Below, one piece after another: positions 1 through 8,134 of a stretch of 32,000 bases of DNA (the stretch's first letter is position 1; every line of letters begins with the position of its first letter). The notes beneath the pieces are model-generated. The model searched no databases. It saw only the letters and a program-made list of their open reading frames with translations, and was not told where the DNA came from. The position numbers and the translations under genes are program-made. Source of the DNA: Allobaculum fili (lineage in GTDB: Bacteria > Bacillota_I > Bacilli_A > Erysipelotrichales > Erysipelotrichaceae); the NCBI RefSeq assembly GCF_020969955.1, contig NZ_JAHDSX010000025.1, forward strand, positions 1-32,000, given 5' to 3'.

Positions 1-274
1 CTCCCCCTGCACCCCCCTGAAGACGTCCCCGCCGTCGAAAAAATGCCACCCTGGCAGGGACGTCACAAGTCTAGCAGGGGGCGCCCGCTATAAAGGGCCG
101 CTCCAGAAATTTTCAATCGCTCATCGTCCAGCGAGGTGTTTCGGGCCTTCGAAACGGCCAAATGTTTCAACTACCAAAAAACGAATTTACACAAAATTCT
201 TTACATACCCTATCAGTCAGGCATTACAAGTATGCAATGGTGTTTTTTTGTAAAACAGATCAGGAGGTATACAG

Positions 275-798
275 ATGAATTTAGTATTAGACTTGTTTCG
301 CACAAGAAGAAGTTATAGGAAATACAGCGAAAAACCGATTGATGAAGCTGTATTAAAACAAATTATGGAAGTTGGACTTATTTCTCCAACAGGGGATAAT
401 TTCAAGACTGTAGAACTGATACTAATAAAAGATAAAGATCTGTTAAATGAAATCGCAAGTATGCGAAAGGCTGCAGCTATGCTTCGCCATGCAGGTGCTG
501 CAATTATTGTGCTTGTAAATACCCAGAAGACAGATTTGTGGATTGAAGACGGAGCTATATCTGCGTCGTATATGCACCTTGCCGCCGATGCTTTAGGAAT
601 TGGAAGCTGCTGGATCCAAGTGAGAGCAAGAGATGCCGTAGACGGCAAAGAATTTGAGGAAAACTTCAAGAGAAATTCGATATACCAGAGTATATGAAAC
701 CGCTTTGTATCTTATCGTTAGGAAATGTAGATTACCAACTGCCCGCTCACTCCATAGAAGATATTAACTGGGATAATATTCATTCTGAGAAATATTAA
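275..798 (+). pseudogene. nitroreductase-family protein interrupted by a 1-nt frameshift (or a homopolymer sequencing error)
   Basis: AGGAGG at 262-267 precedes ATG 275. The N-terminus LFRTRRSYRKY is typical of the nitroreductase fold. The frame stops at 695-697, but the adjacent frame is open from 658 to 798 and encodes KFDIPEYMKPLCILSLGNVDYQ..., a typical family C-terminus. The shift must lie within 658-676, probably the A-run at 673-675. The joined length of about 174 aa fits the family. Confidence 0.6.
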
Positions 799-902
799 AA
801 TAATGAATTTTCAGAAAAAGGAGAACGCGGATATTTTTGTCAATTGAAAACTGGTCCACTTTGGGTTGAAGAAGACTGCTCTTTTCAGTTGCAGAATCCG
901 CA

Positions 903-1020
903 GTTTGAGTTCGATATTCTGAATTCTCGGTTCAGGATTCCGTTTTTTGAGTTTAAGATTCCGACGTTTGAGTTCAAAATTCCAAAAAAATCAGAAAAAA
1001 ATCAGTTTGAGCTATTTAGC
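903..1020. repeat. four copies of an ~18-nt motif (GTTTGAGTTNAANATTCC) in a non-coding stretch
   Basis: Copies lie at 903-920, 945-962, 966-983 and 1005-1020 (the last is degenerate). Copies 2 and 3 share 15 of 18 nt. Start spacing is about 42, 21 and 39 nt. An 11-nt tandem AAAAAAATCAG x2 lies between copies 3 and 4. Confidence 0.5.
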
Positions 1021-1588
1021 CCAAAGCCAGAATCAGGTCCTCTGATTCAGGTTTTGGGCTGTTTTGTAATACTTCTCACCAGCGGTTCTCGAGATCGAGC
1101 GCAGCGCAGCTGCTCTTCTGGATGAGTTTTCCTGTATCCGTAAATCGATGGATTTGAAAACTGTCATCTGAGTATGCACTTTCCAGTCCACCATTATGGA
1201 GTACGCAAAAGTCAGGCGGCCCATTTTTCAAATCCGATTTTCGCTTTTTTGGACCAGTTTTAAACTGCAAAAAAACAAGAGCTGCAAGACGAAACGAAAT
1301 GCATTTTGAAATGGAACTTCCATAAAAGTAATTTCCATTTTTTCGCGCCAGGCATGAAATTTACTTTTTCGCTTCACACAACTAAACTTTCAGTCTTTTC
1401 CCTTTACCCTTTTCACCCCGAATCTTTATACTATCTTTATAAGTGCTCCGGCATCTGGACAGGATTCGGGGCTGTTTCTTTTAAAGCGACAATGTATATT
1501 AAAATTCACCCCGTTGTTGTCCGCCATTTTCGAGTCGCCTAAGATAGGAAATGGAGGGATCGCATACAAAAGTTTGGAGGGTATTGAG

Positions 1589-2884
1589 ATGAAGGCAAAC
1601 GAACCATCTGCCGTTAAGGCAGCAGCCGCTATATGTACTCTGTCTGTGATCGGAGCCACGGTTTCCACGATCACTGCCTTCACCACCAGTGAAGCGCAGA
1701 ACAGACTGGACGATAAAGTCTATGCCGCGCAGGAAACCCCAAGCCCTGTCCAGCTGGATACGAAATATTATCTCGAAGCACCAGCATCCCAGTCTGATGC
1801 AGTCCAACAGAGAACACTTACCGATTCACAGGCCGAAGATGTGGCCCGTCGGGAACTGGCCCGTCTGGAAGCGCAGGATCGCGAGAAAGCCGCTGTCGCT
1901 CTGATCGAAACTCAGAGTGAACCGGCAGACCCCAATCCAGAAGTCCAGTCCGAGGATCCCGCCGCACAGAGCGCAGATCTCGACCCGAACGCGGATGCTT
2001 CTTCTGAGCAGACGCTGGAAACGCAGGATTCTGTCGTTGCCGACGCAGCGATGAATGCGCAGCCTGTTCTTACACAGCCTGTCGCTGAGCAGCCGGCAGC
2101 ACAGCCCGCAGCGAATATGCCTGCAGAACAGGTTCCCGTGGCACAGGTTCCGGTTGTGAATGGCAATGCGTCCGTAGCGGGAGGCGAATCCATTCCGGAA
2201 AGCGGCGTCGAAGCCGATAACAGCGCCGATCAGGCGATGACCGGCGATGCGATCAATCTGGACGAAACGATCACGGTACAGCCGATTCTTCCGGTTGTCA
2301 CCGATCCGGTTCAGACCGATCCTTCTGCCGTTACCCAGATTCCGGAAGACGACCTTCCTTCGGATTATGATCCAAACGCGCAGCCTCCAGCGGATAATCC
2401 GCCTGACGATCAGCCGCCGATCGACGATCCGAATCCGCAGCCGCCCATCACCCCGAATCCGCCCAGCAATGTCGATCCGGGGCAGAATCAGCCGGGTGAC
2501 GATGACAATAAGCCTGCCGGCGATTACTCCGCTTTGAACGCGGCCATCGCCCAGTCGGCCCTCAGCCTGGTGGGAACGACCGACGGACTCTCCTGCACGG
2601 AAGTCGTTCAGCTCGCTCTGGCAAAAGCCGGCGTCAGCGATGCCATGTCGCTCTGGCCAAAGGATTATGCGGCGATGTACGGCTACTACACGGATACGCC
2701 GCAGCCAGGCAACCTGATCTACTATGAACAGGGCGGGAACGGTCTGGACCATATCGCCATTTACATTGGAAACGGCATGGCCGTCCATGGAAACTACGTC
2801 ATTGACGGCAAAGGCTATACCAAAATTGCACCGGTAGAAACCGGAAATTATTCTTACTATGCATTTATTCAGGTCTGCCGCTAG
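1589..2884 (+). CDS. membrane-anchored or secreted NlpC/P60-family cell-wall hydrolase with a long acidic Pro/Gln-rich linker
   Basis: GGAGG at 1576-1580 lies 8 nt before ATG 1589, an internal start of track ORF 1514..2884. There is an N-terminal hydrophobic segment (AAAAICTLSVIGATVSTITAF). The middle is low-complexity (PVAEQPAAQPAA..., PPADNPPDDQPP...). The C-terminal ~110 aa carries a Cys...His arrangement (GLSCTEVV ... LDHIAIYIGNGMAVHG) typical of NlpC/P60. Confidence 0.75.
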   Translation: MKANEPSAVKAAAAICTLSVIGATVSTITAFTTSEAQNRLDDKVYAAQETPSPVQLDTKYYLEAPASQSDAVQQRTLTDSQAEDVARRELARLEAQDREKAAVALIETQSEPADPNPEVQSEDPAAQSADLDPNADASSEQTLETQDSVVADAAMNAQPVLTQPVAEQPAAQPAANMPAEQVPVAQVPVVNGNASVAGGESIPESGVEADNSADQAMTGDAINLDETITVQPILPVVTDPVQTDPSAVTQIPEDDLPSDYDPNAQPPADNPPDDQPPIDDPNPQPPITPNPPSNVDPGQNQPGDDDNKPAGDYSALNAAIAQSALSLVGTTDGLSCTEVVQLALAKAGVSDAMSLWPKDYAAMYGYYTDTPQPGNLIYYEQGGNGLDHIAIYIGNGMAVHGNYVIDGKGYTKIAPVETGNYSYYAFIQVCR

Positions 2885-3024
2885 GCCGACCGAAAACAAG
2901 CCGATCCTTCCGTTGAACGGTTGAAGTTCAAAGATCTAGACGAATCTGCCCATTATGCGGATTCGTCTTTTTCTTTGGAGCCAGAAGAATCTGGATCGGT
3001 CGGGGCTTTGAAAGCTGCCCGGTG

Positions 3025-3065
3025 CTTCCTTCCTTTTTCTTCTCTTTTTTTTCTTCTCTTTTTCT
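3025..3065 (+). repeat. 41-nt uninterrupted homopyrimidine (C/T) tract with an internal direct repeat
   Basis: Only C and T occur from 3025 to 3065. TTCTTCTCTTTTT occurs at 3037-3049 and again at 3051-3063. The tract lies in the 450-nt non-coding gap between the NlpC/P60 gene and ispF. Confidence 0.8.
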
Positions 3066-3337
3066 GTTTTGAAATTTCCGGATCTTCTTTCAAATTTCTG
3101 TATCTGCGAAAAACTTCCGTACAATGAAAGAATCAGGAACGAAAGCGCGCTCACTCTGCCTGGCCGGATTGCCGGAAAGACGCATGGCCTCTTATGGCAG
3201 AAAGCCGGCTTAAAACTCAATACAGAATTCGGCTTTGTCTGAAGTGTTTTTCGTTTTCTGGAATCGGAAGAAAAAGCTTTCGTCCTGTTATGCGGCTGCC
3301 AATGCGGCGGACGGGGTACGAAAGCTGGAGGTTAACT

Positions 3338-3823
3338 ATGGCACGAATGAGAATCGGGCAGGCCATCGACATTCATCCGCTCGAAAGCGGGAGGCCGCTG
3401 GTGCTTGGCGGCGTAGAGATTGACTCGCCCAAAGGCCTGAAAGGCCACTCGGATGCGGATGTGCTTCTGCATGCGATTGCGGAAAGCATTCTCGGGGCAC
3501 TGGCCCTCGGCGATCTGGGCGCCAATTTCCCGGACACCGATCCCAAATACAAAGGCATCGCCTCGACGCTGCTTCTCGATGAAGTCTATCGGAAAATGCG
3601 CGAGAAAAAATATCATATCGGCAACGTCGACGCGACAATCATGGCCGAAAAGCCGCATCTGGCCGGCTATAAGGCGCAGATGACGGAAAATGTCGCGTCC
3701 ATTCTTCACTGCGACGTCGATCAGATTTCCATTAAGGCAACCCGCGGCGAAAAGCTTGGCTTTGTCGGCAGACAGGAAGGAATGACCGCTCTGGCTGTCT
3801 GCCTTCTGGAGGAAGACGAATGA
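3338..3823 (+). CDS. ispF: 2-C-methyl-D-erythritol 2,4-cyclodiphosphate synthase
   Basis: GGAGG at 3327-3331 precedes ATG 3338, an internal start of ORF 3194..3823. Family signatures are present: RIGQAIDIHPL, HSDADVLLHAI, LGDLG..FPDTDPKYKG and KATRGEKLGFVGRQEG. Confidence 0.92.
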   Translation: MARMRIGQAIDIHPLESGRPLVLGGVEIDSPKGLKGHSDADVLLHAIAESILGALALGDLGANFPDTDPKYKGIASTLLLDEVYRKMREKKYHIGNVDATIMAEKPHLAGYKAQMTENVASILHCDVDQISIKATRGEKLGFVGRQEGMTALAVCLLEEDE

Positions 3824-4263
3824 AAGTCGTCATTCAGCGCGTAAGTCACGCCTCCTGCACGGTGGACGGTGAAATTATCGGCCAGATTCAGGACGGACTG
3901 CTTCTTCTGGTGGGGTTTAACCGGGAAGACGATGCGTCGGTTTTGCCGAAGATGATTCGCAAAATTGTCAACATGCGCATCTTTGGCGATGAAGAAGGCA
4001 AGCTGAACCGCTCCGTCCTGGATATAAAAGGAGAAGTGCTTTCGATTTCGCAGTTTACCTTATACGCTTCCTGCAAAAAGGGAAATCGTCCAAGTTTTAT
4101 CGAAGCAGCCCCTGCAGAGCAGGCGCGCATGTTATATGATCAGTTTAATGCACTGCTTGAACAGGAAGTCCCCGTACAGAAGGGCGTCTTTCAGGCAGAT
4201 ATGAAAATTGATCTGCTCAATGACGGGCCGATCACCATCGTACTCGACAGTAGAGAGGTATAG
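3820..4263 (+). CDS. dtd: D-aminoacyl-tRNA deacylase
   Basis: MKVVIQRV..., SQFTLYA, GNRPSF and LNDGPITIVL are canonical Dtd motifs. The length is 147 aa. An ATGA start/stop overlap with ispF indicates translational coupling. Confidence 0.92.
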   Translation: MKVVIQRVSHASCTVDGEIIGQIQDGLLLLVGFNREDDASVLPKMIRKIVNMRIFGDEEGKLNRSVLDIKGEVLSISQFTLYASCKKGNRPSFIEAAPAEQARMLYDQFNALLEQEVPVQKGVFQADMKIDLLNDGPITIVLDSREV

Positions 4264-4267
4264 AAAA

Positions 4268-5128
4268 ATGATTCTTTATGGAAATGAACTTGCTGCAAAA
4301 CTGCAGGCAGGCATGAAAGAGGAAATCGATCAGATCAAGGAAAAAGGTCTGCGCCTTCCGTGCCTGTCCGTCATTCTGGTCGGCGACAATCCAGCCAGCC
4401 AGTCCTATGTCAAAAGCAAAGCCAATGCCTGCCACAAAATCGGCATTGAAAATCGCACCATTCATCTTCCTGCCGACATTTCTCAGGAAGAACTCGAAGC
4501 CGTTGTACAGAAAGAAAACGAAGATCCAAACGTTGACGGCATTCTGATCCAGCTGCCGCTGCCGGCTGGTTCCGGACTGAACGAAGAAAAGGCACTGATG
4601 GCCATCAGCCCCGACAAGGATGTCGACGGACTTCATCCGCTGAACGCCGGCGCGCTCGCACTTGGCCGCGAAGGCTTCGCTCCATGCACCCCGCGCGGTG
4701 TCATGGAAATTCTGAAAGAAGCCGGCTATACTGATCTTTCCGGTATGCGTGCGGTAGTCATGGGCCGTTCCAATCTCGTCGGAAAACCGGTCGCGCAGCT
4801 TCTGCAGAACGCCAATGCCACCGTTACGGTCATCCATTCGAGAACGAAAGACGCGCCTTCGATCTGCCGCGAAGCCGACATTCTGATCGCCGCCATCGGC
4901 AAGCCGGAATTTGTAACTGCTGAATATGTCCAGGACGGCGCCATCGTAATCGATGTAGGAATCAACCGCGTAGACGGAAAACTGAAAGGCGACGTAAAAT
5001 TTGATGAAGTGGCTCCGAAAGCGTCCGTCATCACGCCCGTACCGAAAGGCGTCGGCCCGATGACCGTATGCATGCTTCTCGACAACACCATCGAAGCCTG
5101 GAAAAAACACGAGGGAATTCATGACTGA
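4268..5128 (+). CDS. folD: bifunctional methylenetetrahydrofolate dehydrogenase / methenyl-THF cyclohydrolase
   Basis: The start was chosen at ATG 4268 (MILYGNELAAKL...). Family motifs are present: LSVILVGDNPASQSYVKSK, DGILIQLPLP, GFAPCTPRG, VVMGRSNLVGKPVAQLL and PVPKGVGPMT. Confidence 0.92.
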   Translation: MILYGNELAAKLQAGMKEEIDQIKEKGLRLPCLSVILVGDNPASQSYVKSKANACHKIGIENRTIHLPADISQEELEAVVQKENEDPNVDGILIQLPLPAGSGLNEEKALMAISPDKDVDGLHPLNAGALALGREGFAPCTPRGVMEILKEAGYTDLSGMRAVVMGRSNLVGKPVAQLLQNANATVTVIHSRTKDAPSICREADILIAAIGKPEFVTAEYVQDGAIVIDVGINRVDGKLKGDVKFDEVAPKASVITPVPKGVGPMTVCMLLDNTIEAWKKHEGIHD

Positions 5129-5333
5129 TATTCAATACGACCTTGGCGACATTGTGGAAATGAAAAAAGAGCACCCCTGCCATCTTTCCAAAGAATGGAA
5201 AATCATTCGCATGGGCGCCGATATTCGAATCAAGTGCCAGGGCTGTCAGACCAGCGTTCTGATGCCGCGTTCCAAATTTGAGAAAAAGCTCAAGCGCGTC
5301 ATCCGGAAAGCGGATCAGAACAAGGAGGAATAG
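5121..5333 (+). CDS. DUF951-family small protein
   Basis: The 70-aa product reads YDLGDIVEMKKEHPC....W.I.R.GADIRIKCQGC, the DUF951 pattern. This family is characteristically found next to ychF in Bacillota. The gene overlaps the end of folD by 8 nt. Confidence 0.7.
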   Translation: MTDIQYDLGDIVEMKKEHPCHLSKEWKIIRMGADIRIKCQGCQTSVLMPRSKFEKKLKRVIRKADQNKEE

Positions 5334-5338
5334 AATCA

Positions 5339-6439
5339 ATGTCTTTAACTGCAGGAATTGTCGGACTGCCAAACGTAGGCAAGTCCACCCTGTTTAATGC
5401 CATCACCAACTCGCAGGCGGAGGCTGCCAACTATCCGTTTGCGACCATCTCGCCCAACGTCGGCGTCGTTGAAGTACCCGATCGCCGCGTAGACCGCCTG
5501 ACGGAACTGTTTCATCCGAAGAAAACGATTTATACGACCTTTGAATTTACCGATATTGCCGGTCTGGTCAAAGGCGCGTCCAAAGGCGAAGGACTGGGCA
5601 ACCAGTTTCTGGCGAACATCCGGAACACGGATGCGATCTGCCATGTCGTTCGCTGCTTTGACGATCCGAACATCACGCATGTGGAAAACTCAGTCGACCC
5701 GGTTCGTGATGCCGAAATTATCAATCTCGAACTGATCCTCGCCGATCTGTCGACGGCAGAAAACCGCATTGCCAAAGTTGAACGAAAGGCATCGAGCGGC
5801 GATAAGAGCGCCAAAGCGGAAATGAATCTGCTTTCCCGTCTTAAACCGCATCTGGAAGCCGGAAATCCGGCCCGCTCTCTGGAAATTACGGAAGACGAAG
5901 CGCCGATTCTGCACCAGTACGGTCTGCTGACTGTCAAACCGGTCATTTACGTAGCCAACATGGATGACGAAGGCATCGCCGATCCGTCGGCCAATCCGTA
6001 TTTCCAGGCACTGTCCAAAATGGCCGAAGCCGAAGGCGCGCGCATCGTTCCGATCTGCGCCCGTCTTGAAGAAGAACTTTCCAGTCTGGAACCGGAAGAA
6101 AAGGACGCGTTCCTCGAAGATCTCGGTCTTCCGCAGTCCGGTCTCGATCATCTGATTCAGACTGCGTACGCGACGCTCGATCTCTGCACGTTCCTGACTG
6201 CAGGCACCGACGAATGTCGTGCATGGACATTCAAGCGCGGCATGAAAGCGCCGGACTGCGCCGGCGTCATTCACACCGACTTCAAGCGCGGCTTTATCCG
6301 TGCCGAAGTGTACGCCTTTGATGACATCGATCGTCTCGAAAGCGAACAGGCGGTTAAGGAAGCCGGCAAGCTGCGCCTGGAAGGCAAGGACTATGTCGTT
6401 CAGGACGGCGACGTGATGCATTTCCGCTTCAACGTCTAA
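5339..6439 (+). CDS. ychF: redox-regulated ribosome-binding ATPase YchF
   Basis: The product has the G1 motif GIVGLPNVGKSTLFNA, then FTDIAGLVKGAS, and a C-terminal TGS-like end (GKDYVVQDGDVMHFRFNV). The length is 366 aa. Confidence 0.95.
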   Translation: MSLTAGIVGLPNVGKSTLFNAITNSQAEAANYPFATISPNVGVVEVPDRRVDRLTELFHPKKTIYTTFEFTDIAGLVKGASKGEGLGNQFLANIRNTDAICHVVRCFDDPNITHVENSVDPVRDAEIINLELILADLSTAENRIAKVERKASSGDKSAKAEMNLLSRLKPHLEAGNPARSLEITEDEAPILHQYGLLTVKPVIYVANMDDEGIADPSANPYFQALSKMAEAEGARIVPICARLEEELSSLEPEEKDAFLEDLGLPQSGLDHLIQTAYATLDLCTFLTAGTDECRAWTFKRGMKAPDCAGVIHTDFKRGFIRAEVYAFDDIDRLESEQAVKEAGKLRLEGKDYVVQDGDVMHFRFNV

Positions 6440-6478
6440 TCCGACAGGACGGTATTCCATTCCATCTGAAAACAATTT

Positions 6479-6510
6479 GACTCTCCGTCTCGATCGCGGA
6501 GAGTCTTTTT
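6479..6510 (+). terminator. intrinsic terminator after ychF
   Basis: A 9-bp stem pairs GACTCTCCG (6479-6487) with CGGAGAGTC (6497-6505), followed by TTTTT. Confidence 0.7.
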
Positions 6511-6687
6511 GAATTCTTACACTGTGCCCAAATCAAACCGGAATCCTTTTCTTTTGGATGGCGTTCTGTATGATGGGTATACGGTCCCAAAATGTATAGC
6601 CGCAAAAAGAATGCTTTTGCGAACTCCAATGGACCGAATTCGACGCAAATGACTTTGAAAGGCTCTGGCTTTGCGAAAGGAGAATTT

Positions 6688-7353
6688 ATGTTATCTGCCC
6701 TTCGAACATTCGATCTGCGCATGATTTCGATTTATCTGATTGCCGTTTTCCTTTCCATGACGCTTCATGAAATGGCGCATGGACTGGTCTCCTACTGGCT
6801 GGGGGATTCGCTGGCAAAATCGCGCGGACGAATTTCTTTAAACCCGTTCCACCATATCGACTGGATGGGTCTGCTCTGCCTGCTGCTCTTTGGTTTTGGA
6901 TGGGCCAAACCGGTACCGGTCGATCCATCCCGCTACAAGGATCCGAAAACCGGCATGATCTGGACCGCTTTTGCGGGTCCGATGACCAACTTCCTGCTTT
7001 CCTTTGTCTGCGTGTTCCTTTTTGAAGTGCTGGTTTATTTCACCGGCGGCTTCGTGAACACTGCCATCGGATCGTATCTGATCTCGCTTCTGTCCGCGAC
7101 CGCGGTGATGTCCATGGGATTTGGCGTCTTCAACCTGATTCCGATCCCGCCGCTGGACGGATCCCGCATTTTCTGGGCATTTTTGCCGGACCGAGAATAC
7201 TTCAAAGTCAATAATCCGCCTGCCTGGATGTCCCTGCTGTTTCTGGTTGTGATTTTCTCCGGCATTCTCGATGGACCGCTGGCCATGATGCGTTCCACCA
7301 TGATCGGCTGGATGGAAAGCGGAGCGCTCTGGCTGCTTTCTCCGTTTATTTAA
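6688..7353 (+). CDS. site-2 protease family (peptidase M50) membrane metalloprotease
   Basis: AAAGGAGA precedes ATG 6688, an internal start of ORF 6592..7353. HEMAHGL (HExxH) sits in the first TM segment. There are multiple hydrophobic segments, and NLIPIPPLDGSRI matches the family's conserved LDG motif. Confidence 0.8.
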   Translation: MLSALRTFDLRMISIYLIAVFLSMTLHEMAHGLVSYWLGDSLAKSRGRISLNPFHHIDWMGLLCLLLFGFGWAKPVPVDPSRYKDPKTGMIWTAFAGPMTNFLLSFVCVFLFEVLVYFTGGFVNTAIGSYLISLLSATAVMSMGFGVFNLIPIPPLDGSRIFWAFLPDREYFKVNNPPAWMSLLFLVVIFSGILDGPLAMMRSTMIGWMESGALWLLSPFI

Positions 7354-7472
7354 ACGGCCTGTTTACGCGCGGGGGACTGGATCATCCAGTCCAAGGCGCC
7401 GCACAAACGAAAGAGATCGAACGGGATTGTCTGGAAATTCCGTTCTGAACCGCTCTGTTGTGAACCCTTTTT

Positions 7473-7517
7473 GAGTCTGTACGTACTGCAATGGTACCTG
7501 CAGACTCTTTTTCTTTT
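7473..7517 (+). terminator. probable intrinsic terminator marking the left edge of the accessory cassette
   Basis: GAGTCTG (7473-7479) pairs with CAGACTC (7501-7507). An inner GTAC/GTAC pairing extends the hairpin. It is followed by TTTTTCTTTTT. Confidence 0.55.
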
Positions 7518-7730
7518 TCCAAAAAGGCGGGATCCATTATTCGTTTGCACGCTTCGAAAAGCCATCGCCTATAGAAAAACGAAAGGTACAATCCGGTATT
7601 GCAAGAATGAGCAGCGCTTGCATAAATTGATTGATTTTCAGAAGAATTGGACGATGCAGGGAAAGGCTACGGTACAAAAAAGACAATGACAGTCAAAAGA
7701 AAACGTGAGTGTCAAACCAGACGCTCAATT

Positions 7731-7774
7731 TTCCGTACCTGTTGCGCTTTAATTCCGTACCTGTTGCGCTTTAA
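7731..7774. repeat. perfect 22-bp tandem duplication TTCCGTACCTGTTGCGCTTTAA x2
   Basis: The unit at 7731-7752 is repeated exactly at 7753-7774. The repeat ends 33 nt upstream of ATG 7808. Confidence 0.9.
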
Positions 7775-7807
7775 AAGAAAAAAGTAAGAAAAGAAAGAAG
7801 GAAAATT

Positions 7808-8071
7808 ATGAAATACTGTGAGCACTGTCATGCTCCCATTTCCGATACGGCGCTGTTCTGCACCAGCTGCGGAACGCCTGTTTCCAAATCCTCTCCGGCC
7901 AGTCAGCCGGCAAAGTCGAATCCGGTCCAAAACGCATCGGCGCAGAGAGTTCAGCCTGGCAAAACTGTTCAGCCGGCAAAAAATGCCGGATATCCTCAGA
8001 ATGCCCGGGCGGTATCCAGTACGCCTTATGCGCAGAACGCGCAGCCCGTCCAGAATGCGCAGAACGGATAG
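7808..8071 (+). CDS. zinc-ribbon domain protein with a Q/N/A-rich tail; N-terminal part of a gene split by an in-frame TAG
   Basis: GAAGGAAA precedes ATG 7808. The CxxC...CxxC arrangement (CEHCHAPISDTALFCTSCG) indicates a zinc ribbon. A low-complexity linker follows. The frame ends at TAG 8069-8071. Confidence 0.65.
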   Translation: MKYCEHCHAPISDTALFCTSCGTPVSKSSPASQPAKSNPVQNASAQRVQPGKTVQPAKNAGYPQNARAVSSTPYAQNAQPVQNAQNG

Positions 8072-8134
8072 TTTTCGAATGCGGTAAAGACAAACGCCCA
8101 GACGCAGTCCGTTTCTTCCGCTGCCTCTTCCGCC

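Noticed and set aside
61-135. GC-rich words shared between the window start (AGGGGGCGC, GGGCCGCT) and 26205-26230, hinting at a dispersed intergenic repeat.
   Set aside because: Only two 8-9-nt matches occur, in different order, with no extended alignment on either strand. This is compatible with chance.
847-1261. The 12-bp inverted pair AAAACTGGTCCA / TGGACCAGTTTT as terminal inverted repeats of a MITE.
   Set aside because: The match does not extend in either direction, and no target-site duplication is evident. About one such 12-bp pair within 500 bp is expected by chance in 32 kb.
1400-1520. A cyclic-di-AMP (ydaO-type) riboswitch call upstream of the NlpC/P60 gene.
   Set aside because: Words resembling the conserved cores (CGGGGTGAA, CCCCGAATCC) occur only on the minus strand, which is the wrong orientation for the downstream gene. 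I could not reconstruct the pseudo-symmetric architecture by eye. It is kept only as a low-interest structured-leader note.
1514-1588. Longer N-termini given by the ORF track at 1514, 3194, 4208, 6592, 11413, 20747, 21708 and 26413.
   Set aside because: In each case an internal ATG has a proper Shine-Dalgarno sequence at 5-9 nt, and the protein family's conserved N-terminus begins there. The upstream extensions lack an RBS and look non-protein-like.
8069-8071. The in-frame TAG as evidence for stop-codon reassignment or pyrrolysine.
   Set aside because: TAG terminates other well-supported genes in this window: the NlpC/P60 gene at 2882-2884, dtd at 4261-4263, and the same gene's end at 8798-8800. 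No pyl genes are seen. A global recoding is therefore not supported.
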